Of a stretch of 64,000 nt of DNA, positions 42,814 through 52,400 are shown in pieces. Position 1 is the first letter of the stretch; each line of letters opens with the position of its first letter. The position numbers and the translations under genes are program-made. The stretch is from Nitrososphaeraceae archaeon (GTDB taxonomy: Archaea; Thermoproteota; Nitrososphaeria; Nitrososphaerales; Nitrososphaeraceae): NCBI GenBank assembly GCA_035250685.1, contig DATFEX010000054.1:3056-67055 (forward strand), given 5' to 3'. The notes under the pieces were generated by a model. It saw nothing but the letters and a program-made list of their open reading frames with translations, did not search any database and was not told the DNA's origin.

Positions 42814-43620
42814 TTGATGAGCAAGTTCCAAACTTATCTTCTCATTTCATTTCTGATCTTTTCAATCATGTTGCTAAATCATCAAAACATTACTCTGGGA
42901 ACTCGAGCCCAATCAATAAACAACTCGACAGCCGAGTCAGTATTTAACAATGAGTCGCTAATTTTACCTCGAGATACAGGTTCGTTCATTATGCTTATTC
43001 CAAATGAGGCCCACGAAAGTTGGCTAGATGAAAGACACAAGCTACTGACCGTTAAAAACCCATATTTCCTTCCTGCACAATTGGTTATGCCGAATGGCGC
43101 CTCCATTTCATTCATAAATGCGGATGCCCCGTGGGATACCCCGCATCCTCATACCATTAATTTGGAGGACAGTTCAGGAAAGATGGTATATTCAACTGAT
43201 ACTATGGAATACGGCGAATCGTCAGAACCAGAGAATCTAACTCCAGGTAATTACTCGATTGTAGATACCAAATATGATTGGATGAAAGGCAGCATAACAA
43301 TAATGAATCAGAACTCTACTGGAAATAAGATAGTGGGCGGATTCTATACCCCGACAAAACAAGTGGAAAATAATCAGGATAATGATGGCGTGACTCATCC
43401 AGGATCACTTGATTACTATCGAGATGAGTTCTCAAAAAACGGGTTTGTTGTTCTGAGCGAGTATAATTTCAGTTATAATGCATGTGATTACTGTGATGGG
43501 CAGTATTGGCCCGATAATAAGACTGGGAATCACACTTTAATTATTTTTAGTACCAGCCAACCCCTATCGGATGCCCTAGAAATACTAGAGAAATTGGTAG
43601 TGGATAATGTGTATGTATGA
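42814..43620 (+). CDS. Secreted protein with cupredoxin-like segment lacking the type-1 Cys
   Basis: YFLPAQLVMPNGASISFINAD...HPHTI...GNYSIVDTKYDWMKGSITI follows plastocyanin-like spacing. Confidence 0.55.
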   Translation: MMSKFQTYLLISFLIFSIMLLNHQNITLGTRAQSINNSTAESVFNNESLILPRDTGSFIMLIPNEAHESWLDERHKLLTVKNPYFLPAQLVMPNGASISFINADAPWDTPHPHTINLEDSSGKMVYSTDTMEYGESSEPENLTPGNYSIVDTKYDWMKGSITIMNQNSTGNKIVGGFYTPTKQVENNQDNDGVTHPGSLDYYRDEFSKNGFVVLSEYNFSYNACDYCDGQYWPDNKTGNHTLIIFSTSQPLSDALEILEKLVVDNVYV

Positions 43621-43850
43621 ATTTACTCAAGATATTTAGTAATATCGTAATTTATTCGACTTCAACAGTTCAGTTAAATATTTCAATTATTGTCAAAACA
43701 ACAGCTAAAACAACAGCTAAATAGAAGTTAACTGAACCCTACTATATGAAGGACTCAAATCCCCTTGGGCCCATTATTATTAAGATGTTGAATCTCGATT
43801 CACCAAGATTGGTTAAGATAAAATAAGATTAAGTATGTAATATCATATTA

Positions 43851-44834
43851 ATGACAAGTCATTTGTGCTTATTACTAGTATCAATCTTTTTCTTTCCAAT
43901 TTTTCAGGATGTCGCATTTGCACAGACTGATACTAATCCTTTAATAAAAGAATTCCAAGTCCCATCAGGTTCGCATCCACATGACGTGGCCCCTGCGAAG
44001 AATGGGTCGATTTGGTACACTGCACAGAGATTAGGTGCATTAGGTATACTAGATCCAATCTCTGGCAGGACACATCATATTGATTTAGGGGAAGGCTCAG
44101 CACCGCATGGAGTTATTGTTGGCCCAGACGAAGCTCCATGGATTACTGACGGCGGACTTAACGCTATTGTAAGAGTTGATCCTATAACTAGTAACGTTAC
44201 TGTCTATTCATTGCCTGAAAATACTGGAAATGCAAACCTAAACACTGCTAGCTTTGATCACATGGGAATTCTGTGGTTTACTGGCCAATCGGGAATTTAT
44301 GGAAAACTAGATCCAAATACTGGAAAAATGGAAGTTTTCGAAGCCCCAAGAGGTAATGGTCCATATGGTATTTCCACTACCCCCGACGGACATGTATACT
44401 TTGTGTCGTTGGCGGGTAGCTACCTTGCTCAAATAAATTTGGAGACTGGGAACCTAACTATCATCGACCCACCAACAGCCGATCAAGGGGCTAGACGTGT
44501 CTGGTCTGACTCTACAGGTAATCTCTGGATAACCGAATGGAATGCAGGCAATTTGGGTAAGTATGATCCTGTTACCAACAAATGGAAAGAATGGAAATTG
44601 CCAGGTCAGAACCCTCAACCTTATGCAGTGTTTGTTGATGATAAAGATATAGTTTGGATCAGTGATTTTGGTTCAAATGCCATGATAAGATTCGACCCAT
44701 CGATTGAAGAATTTCAATCGTTCCCACTGCCTAGTCAAGATGCGAAAGTACGCCAATTGTTAGGGAGAACTGGAGAAATTGTTGGTGCAGAGTCTGCCAC
44801 TGACAAGATAGTGATAATTCACACCACAAAATAA
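43851..44834 (+). CDS. Virginiamycin B lyase (Vgb)-like beta-propeller with signal peptide
   Basis: SHPHDVAP...IWYT, SAPHGVIVGPD..PWIT, GPYGISTTPDG repeats. Confidence 0.8.
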   Translation: MTSHLCLLLVSIFFFPIFQDVAFAQTDTNPLIKEFQVPSGSHPHDVAPAKNGSIWYTAQRLGALGILDPISGRTHHIDLGEGSAPHGVIVGPDEAPWITDGGLNAIVRVDPITSNVTVYSLPENTGNANLNTASFDHMGILWFTGQSGIYGKLDPNTGKMEVFEAPRGNGPYGISTTPDGHVYFVSLAGSYLAQINLETGNLTIIDPPTADQGARRVWSDSTGNLWITEWNAGNLGKYDPVTNKWKEWKLPGQNPQPYAVFVDDKDIVWISDFGSNAMIRFDPSIEEFQSFPLPSQDAKVRQLLGRTGEIVGAESATDKIVIIHTTK

Positions 44835-44976
44835 GCATGTATCCAATTGTATCTTTACGTATATTAGAGATCAAGGTAGGAGCAACATCTTCGTACTACC
44901 TCTTGTATCGAAAGAAACAGATAACCACGTCATAAAATTAATCCTGTTTATACAATTTATTACATTTCTTAGAAGG

Positions 44977-45387
44977 TTGAATAATCTTGTGGCAATAAGA
45001 CATAAATCACTTTCTGGTTCTAATTTATCAAGAGGGAATAAATCTATAAAAAAACAGAATAGACGATTTTTCAAAATTCGAGTTGCATTGGCACTGGGAA
45101 TATCGATTTTGGCTGATATTCTTGATTATTTGGCAGCACCAATATTTGGAATACCCATACTAGGTGATATTTTTGATGTCGTTGTGACAGGTTTATTGTA
45201 TCTGATAACCAAAAGTAAAGTTTCAGTAGTAATGAATCTGGCTGAATTCATTCCATTCCTTGGAGATTTCCTACCTGTTTATACTGTGTCTACAATATTG
45301 TGGGTAGCTAGAGATAATGAATTTGATAAATTATTGATAATCAGGAAAATAATCAATCTATTTTCAAATAAGCAGAGCAATGTCTAA
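44977..45387 (+). CDS. Small membrane protein
   Basis: ILADILDY...IPILGDIFD...FIPFLGDFLP repeated motif and hydrophobic segments. Confidence 0.6.
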   Translation: MNNLVAIRHKSLSGSNLSRGNKSIKKQNRRFFKIRVALALGISILADILDYLAAPIFGIPILGDIFDVVVTGLLYLITKSKVSVVMNLAEFIPFLGDFLPVYTVSTILWVARDNEFDKLLIIRKIINLFSNKQSNV

Positions 45388-46006
45388 TTGCGCCTGAGAT
45401 TTACATAAAATATCCATAATCTTGTTAATTCAATTTAACTTAGCGAAGTATAGTAACAATCAGAGAACTCAATATCAGTAACATTAAAGTATAAATGTTT
45501 ACATACTGTCGAAAGTTTCTACATCGAATTTACCAATCAAATATAATATTTGCACAAACTATCATGTCAGGGATCAAAACAGTGAGAAGGACTTTTGCCA
45601 ACAAAAGTCACAAATCATCTCATTTTTCCACAATTACATGGAGCCAAATAGAATAAATAACAGTAATTTTCCGATAAACTTAGTCCTAAATAAAGAACAA
45701 CTGATGGGAAGAGTTGGTATGATTGAATGATGAACAAGAAACAATCAAACACCCCATCAGTTGTTTCTGGTTGCGTTAACTAGAGCTTGTACAACAAAGT
45801 ATAAAAAAGTTGAAGATAAAATGTTCTATAAAATTCAGTTTTAATAATAGTATTCGAGAATAGTCGTTGTATGACTCACGTTATTTGCCTCACGATTTAC
45901 ACTCAAGATGAGGTATACATGGTTAAATTGCTATCGAACACAATGTAACACTATATAGTACTTTGTAATCCCACCTTTCTTATATTATTCCAGGGTAGTT
46001 GTAGAT

Positions 46007-46171
46007 ATGAAAAGTGGTAGATTTTGTGATTTGTGTAGAAAAGAACTTACAATAAACAATATGATACCAATGGAAATTCAAGGAGAGAACTATGTCTTTG
46101 ATAGTTATGATTGTATCCGAATATTTCACAAGTTAAACGCCGTTTATGGGAATATATTGATTGGAGAGTAA
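46007..46171 (+). CDS. 54-aa TRASH/YHS-like metal-binding microprotein (not in ORF track)
   Basis: MKSGRFCDLCRKE...IQGENYVFDSYDCIRIF: CxxC...YxFxSxxC. Its stop overlaps the next ATG (TAATG). Confidence 0.65.
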   Translation: MKSGRFCDLCRKELTINNMIPMEIQGENYVFDSYDCIRIFHKLNAVYGNILIGE

Positions 46172-46731
46172 TGATATTGATAGGAGTAACGACATCAAAA
46201 TTGAATATCTCAAATTCGATTGATGAGAACATCGTGCTTTTGACTGCATTAGTAGTTTCAGCTACGCTATTGACTGTTCTTTCCCTCCAAACAGCTCCGG
46301 CATATGCTTCAGTGGTCGAGTCTCTAAATACGAAAGTTAACTGGTATGACAAGGCTCTGGCTGTAAATCAAAATAATGTTCCTGCATTAGTTCAGAAAGG
46401 AACAGATCTCGTGAGCCAAGGAAAGGGTGAACAGGCTATTGCATGGCTAGATAAAGCCTTGGGTATAGATCCTACCAATCTAATGGCCTTGATAAGCAAG
46501 GGAGCTGCACTCAGAGAGCTCGGACAATATCCAGAAGCACTAATGATGTATGACAGAGTTCTTGCCATAGATCCACATGATCCGTATGCCATAGGAGGGA
46601 AGGCAGACTCTTTGTTTGGTGCAGGTGATCATCAACAAGCTGTTGCCTGGATAGACAAGGCCTTGGAATTAGATCCAAACAATGGAAGAATTCTTCAAGT
46701 AAAAGAAACAATACAGCAGGCCGTTAACTAA
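46171..46731 (+). CDS. TPR-repeat protein with N-terminal signal or TM segment
   Basis: WYDKALAVN, WLDKALGIDP, YDRVLAIDP, WIDKALELDP repeats. ATG at 46171 preferred over the TTG/GTG-type start at 46111. Confidence 0.85.
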   Translation: MILIGVTTSKLNISNSIDENIVLLTALVVSATLLTVLSLQTAPAYASVVESLNTKVNWYDKALAVNQNNVPALVQKGTDLVSQGKGEQAIAWLDKALGIDPTNLMALISKGAALRELGQYPEALMMYDRVLAIDPHDPYAIGGKADSLFGAGDHQQAVAWIDKALELDPNNGRILQVKETIQQAVN

Positions 46732-46792
46732 TTTATTTTTTGCATCATCATTTTTTTTCTAGTTTTTAATAATTCAGGCTAGTCCACTTCTA

Positions 46793-47080
46793 CTATAGAA
46801 TATGTTCAACAGCCTTTTGTACATCTCCTGCATCTATAATGTCTCCATTAATCATCGCTTCAAGTAGTCGAAGTACAATTAACTCCCCTGTTGCACCAGC
46901 AATTGTTTGCGGTACTATCACACATACATCATCTACGATAACGGTCACCTCATCATCAGATGCCCCACTCCAATCTTTGGGGATACTAATGTAAAAATTG
47001 TCAGAATCAGCATTATCATGCGGATTCTGGTATAGGATTCTTACCAACACAGAGGTTTTACAATAGTTCCTTAAAATCAT
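46793..47080 (-). CDS. Hypothetical protein
   Basis: 95-aa ORF; YISIPKDW segment is AbrB/SpoVT-like but weak. Confidence 0.5.
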   Translation of the reverse strand: MILRNYCKTSVLVRILYQNPHDNADSDNFYISIPKDWSGASDDEVTVIVDDVCVIVPQTIAGATGELIVLRLLEAMINGDIIDAGDVQKAVEHIL

Positions 47081-47909
47081 TGTTGCTTGAATTTACTGAA
47101 CTTTTCAGAAGTTGAAATACAATAGAAGAAAATGTTTGAAGGTTTGGACCCTTTGGAGATTATTTTAGGCCCAAAGCCCATCTCACAATCCAGACATAAA
47201 CTCACATTAACTTGAACAATATTTAATACTTGATTGATTGGTGCCGATGAAAGAAAAAGTTGGCACCAATCTTCATCCGTGCAAGTCAGATGGAAAATAA
47301 ATCCCGTAGAAACATTATAAATAAATTGCTTATTCTCTAGTAAGTTTTCTTATGACCGAATTTCAATTCTCATACTTGATGAAAAGGTTAAATCTTCTAC
47401 AAGATATCGGATAAGTGAAACTGCCATCTGATTATAGTCCCTGGTATTCTGGTATAATCGCTATAAGGCAATAGTTTTATTTAATCTATATTAGAGTCGC
47501 TATTGTAATTTCACTTTGCTTGGGAATACAAAATTTTCAAATGCCTCATTAGAAATTGTTCCACTTCTCGCACTTGGTGCTGTTGGAGGAGGTTCTTATT
47601 CATGTACGTGCTGAATGGCTCGACTCAAAGAGTACGTAGACCACTATCCCATCAGCTTGATATAACTCGATAAACGATAATAATTGATTGGTGCCATGAA
47701 GTGTGCCCAGTGCACCAACCAATGCCTAACGCTGTCGAGATCGCAGATAGGCAAATTATAACGTACAATTTTTTTGATAAAAGGACTTTTCCCAAATCTC
47801 TACCAATTTAGACCCCTAAATTACCATACTACCTTTAGACCCCGATAACTTCCCAGAACTATATTTACATAGGCTTTTATAATAGCTACCTACAACTTTT
47901 TTTTGCACG

Positions 47910-48059
47910 ATGAAAAATCAACGAAGAATGGGTGAAATAATTACTATTTGCTCTGGAATTGGTTTGGCAATTGTTGGATTAGTTGTTAGTGTCCCACCTG
48001 TATCATATGGTGGATTATGCATTATGGGTCTTGGGGTAATCTCTGTGTTCTGGCGATAA
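47910..48059 (+). CDS. 49-aa two-TM microprotein (not in ORF track)
   Basis: MKNQRRMGEIITICSGIGLAIVGLVVSVPPVSYGGLCIMGLGVISVFWR. Confidence 0.45.
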   Translation: MKNQRRMGEIITICSGIGLAIVGLVVSVPPVSYGGLCIMGLGVISVFWR

Positions 48060-48241
48060 GAACATCACTATAAACAACATTGAATTGGCAGAAATTATCT
48101 GACGGATCAGACTGAGGGCGATCAAAGCATTCGATACAAAAAGGGGTGAATTAATGAAAATTACAATTCTTATTTCAATCAATTATGAATTAAAATATCG
48201 TTATTTAACCAGAATATTAAAATGAAAAAAACCAAATAATA

Positions 48242-49204
48242 CTAAACTTTAGTAGTAACCGTTGACGTTACCAAGTTTTGTAGATCTTTTTTCAGATTAC
48301 TCTTTGGAGCAAATTGTAATATCGCCTTGGCCTTAGTTATATCGGCGTAACTAGCCTTAATGTCAGCTTTATTATCTGTTTTTTGGTAAATAGGCTGCAG
48401 GTCCAATCCAGAGAGTCTTATCATTTCTTCACAAAGATCTTTTATGGTAGTACCTACACCAGTACCTATATTGAATACGCAATTAGAGTTTGATAGAAAA
48501 ATTTTACTACTCTCTTCCATTGCTCTAATTGATAGCAAAATTGCATTAATAACGTCTTTTATAGAAACAAAATCACGAATCTGCATCCCGTCTCCATAAA
48601 TTATGGGTGGTAGACCTTTTGAAAGTTTTCTTGCAAATTTTGCCATAACACTAAGATTTCCTACTTGACCTTCCCCATATGCATTAAAAATCCTGAGTGA
48701 AATAGCCTTCCGAATTTTTTTCGCTCTCATATATGACGAAACATGTTGTTCTGCAATTAATTTACTAGTGCCATAAGGAGAAATGGGTTTTAATTCATGT
48801 TCCTCGGAAATTGGCAACCTCCTAGGATGTCCGTATACGGCGGCAGAAGATGCAAAAATGAAATTTTCTACTTTATTTTGCACACATGCGTCCAGTACGT
48901 TCAAAGTTCCATTAACATTTACCATCATCGTTCTGTCTGGATACTTTATCGAGTCCTCAACGCTTACTTCTGCTGCCAGATGAATACAAATATCTATTTT
49001 CTCATGATTAAATATATCAAAGACAGCGGCACGGTCTCCTACATCGAGTTTAGACAGTCTTGGAGGATTGATACTATATTTAGGATATTTAAATAGGTTG
49101 GATTTATCAGTAAGAATAAGCTCGAAATCTTCATGATTCAATAAGGCTTGTACAAGATTTTTCGCGATGAAACCGCTGGCTCCCGTTATCAAAATATTTT
49201 TCAT
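48242..49204 (-). CDS. NAD-dependent nucleotide-sugar epimerase/dehydratase (GalE-like extended SDR)
   Basis: ITGASGFIA, HLAA, FASSAAVYG, YGTSK, LRIFNAYG, RDFVSIKD. Confidence 0.93.
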   Translation of the reverse strand: MKNILITGASGFIAKNLVQALLNHEDFELILTDKSNLFKYPKYSINPPRLSKLDVGDRAAVFDIFNHEKIDICIHLAAEVSVEDSIKYPDRTMMVNVNGTLNVLDACVQNKVENFIFASSAAVYGHPRRLPISEEHELKPISPYGTSKLIAEQHVSSYMRAKKIRKAISLRIFNAYGEGQVGNLSVMAKFARKLSKGLPPIIYGDGMQIRDFVSIKDVINAILLSIRAMEESSKIFLSNSNCVFNIGTGVGTTIKDLCEEMIRLSGLDLQPIYQKTDNKADIKASYADITKAKAILQFAPKSNLKKDLQNLVTSTVTTKV

Positions 49205-49401
49205 GTATTTACGATTGTGTATAGAGCCGCTGTATATAGCCTATACTAAATAGCACGAATAACATTCAAGATTCAGAAAATCATAACTTCGAAATTTGGC
49301 AGCTGTTGTCCGACAATCTTCATTTTTTGATAAATTGCCAGAAATGAGATCCAGAAAATTTCTATCGATGATAGAAAGAGTTGACAATTCTATGTATATT
49401 T

Positions 49402-52400
49402 TTAGTGGGATTCGTTGTAATTAAGATTCATTCTTCTGTGAAACAGGATGGCAACTATTGTTGCCATACTAATGACAATAATGATGGCCAAATTAACAAC
49501 ATTGGTCAGTATACTACTTATCGGTACACCCATCCCGCGTCTGTCTATATCATCTGAAATGTGGCCAGGAAGTTCTAACTGTAGTTTTGTCTGATTTCTT
49601 TGTCCCTCAATGTTCAATGAGTCTATATAAGTTAGATAACCGGTCTTGGTACCCTCCCTGAATGTATCTTTATAATCCTCCACAAAATCAAACTTTACAT
49701 CCACCTTACCATTTACATTAAGCGGAATATAATCATCTATTTCTTGCCCGTAAAAATTAGTTTTGTCAAATAGCGCATTGCCATTTACCTTTAATTCCGG
49801 ATTTTTCAACAACATTAGAATATTTCTTGATATATTAGATTTGGGACTAATACTATAGAGGTCAATTTTTGATTCATTTCCTATTTGTATTATGTTATTT
49901 GTCAAATTACTATTGTTAGTAAGGATAGTCAAATGACTATCTGTTCCTAGAAGCTTAATTGTCATGTTAAATTCGTTGGGTAATGATACACCCAGGTAGT
50001 TACCTTTGGAGTTAATCGATGGTAACGTTATTTTACCTGTTGTGTTGATTAGATGTTCGTATTGACCAAAGGTCTTAATATCAAGTAGAGACAAGTTTTC
50101 ATGCTGTATTTTGAGGTTTCCGTGCTTGTCTGAAACTGATATGTTCTTAATAGAGGACACTGAAGAGTCCAGCGAACTTTTATCAAAGTAAACTGATGAA
50201 CTATTCAGCGTTATCTTTCCTACTACCGTCAAATCTCCAATGAAACGTCTAATGGGTTCCGATCCGCTCTCGTTACCTCTTGGTTTATCTTTCACATGTC
50301 CAATTTCAAATATGTCAGAAAAGTCTACAAGAGATGGAAAATTGTGTTTGGGGTTGGCATATATCGCGTTAAAATATCCAAACGCATTAATGTATGTAAT
50401 TCTTCCATTATCTGATACATTCTTCTCAATTACAAACGGAGCAATGGCCTCATTGTCATTGTTTTTATAGGATGCGATTACTTTAATATCAGACGAAGGT
50501 TTCACTCTGGAATCTTTTATTTTTCCGGTAACATCCAAAACAAATCCGTTTTTATCATCGCTTGTAATCCGTTTGAATTGTCGAGTTTCATTAACCATTG
50601 GTTCGCTCAAGAATAGTTTATCAAATTTCCCCTCAAATTTATCACTTGGGTTGATTATGAACAGCTTCCCGCCAGACCTTGCGTAGTTTAAAAGGTTATT
50701 GAACATTTCATCGCTCAGATCGTTCATATTATTTGGTAAAATAACTGCCTCGTTCGAGAAAATAGAGTAATCATTTTCAAGGTAAGAACTGTATTCCATC
50801 TCAGACATTGCAAGCGATGTAAGTGTGTAATAGTAGCTGTAATCCTTGACGTTATAATTTTCCTGCTTAATTTTTCCTATCCCTAGATATTCGAATTGTA
50901 CAACACTGTTCTCCGAATTTATGCCTACGCTTGTAACTTGCGGATCATTTTCTTGCAGGTCTCTGGGGACATTAATTCTTAGAATACTATCTACGTATAC
51001 ACTAATTGAGTTATTATGTGTTAGAACATTCAATACTTGCCACATACCAAGATTATTTCTTACTTGGGAATTTTGGCCCAGTACTAGATCTCTTTTGCCC
51101 TTTCCAATCTCTTCTCTTAGTTGTATACCCTTATCTGATAGTGAAACAAAGAAAGTACGGTTCCCATCTTTCCATTTTAGACCTGAAATTCCCTTTCCGA
51201 TTTTGGTTTCATCAATTGTCCTCAGATTCAATTCTATGTAATTGATACCTTGCTCATTGAAATTATTAGACCAAATTGTCTTACCGCCATTCTTTTTCAG
51301 ACCATTTAAGATAACTTTTTCCGCTTGATTCGATTTTTGGATTTGGATGAATTCTGCTGTATCCTTTTCATAATTAAAAGTTTGGTTGTTAACCTCCAAC
51401 TTTTTCTTACTCTCAATTATTGGTGACAATGAGTTATCAATTTCATTTAATATTCCGAGCTTATGTTCCGAGTTTGTGGACGGTCCGTTCAACGAAGGAA
51501 CCTTGAGTACGACGTAACTATCGTTTTTTAATATTTGCTCGAAATTGGTAATTGCAAATCGGACAGGATAAGACAGTGTGAATTGATCGGTGCTATTAGT
51601 TGGTATCATCATATATCCAGTATTGCTTAATTCTATTAAGCGATAAAATGAATCTAAATTGGAAGAGTTCAATATGTATTGTGTTTGTATGGATTTTCTC
51701 AACGGCAGTCCTGAAAATGCATGAAGTTTGGAAATGAGATCGCCTTCTCGAAAATTGTATTCATTTGGAAAGGTTGCTACATTATAGTTATTGGAACCAC
51801 CTTGTATTTCACTACGCATCGAATCCAGCAATGCCATCTCATTTGGTGAAGGAAAATTCCTACGTCCCAAGGCATGAGAATAGTCCTGAGACTGTATTAC
51901 CAATGCGTTATAGCCAATATACATCAATGTTGAGATACTTGCAGCTATGACTATGGCTGATATTATAACGCCATTTAGAATTAATTTCTTATTTCTTACG
52001 AAATCTATTAGTTTAAAAATCATTAATGATGCAAAGCCTATCATGCCCACCATTACATATTTGCTGAATCTGTGTTCGTTGTAGTACGGACCGGCAAAAA
52101 GAGCAATTATGGCAATTATTCCAAAAATGAATACCTCTCGCTCATACCTTTTAAATAAATATGAAAGTACGAAAGCGGTACCAAATAGACCAACGATCCC
52201 CATTCTCATTGGGTACAAATACCACGGAGTATTATAGCCCTGAGTATGAACATCAATATAATTTGCAGGAAGTTGAATCCAAACAAGAAAGCAAAGTGCA
52301 AATAAATATACTATGCTAGAAACAAATAGTATCTTTGGTATATATCCGTCTTTTGATATTATTTTAGTCAGCTTTGTGTTTGGTTGCAACTTTCTAATCG

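Noticed and set aside
43695-43718. 12-bp tandem duplication aaaacaacagct x2
   Set aside because: Only two copies in AT-rich intergenic DNA; most likely simple slippage.
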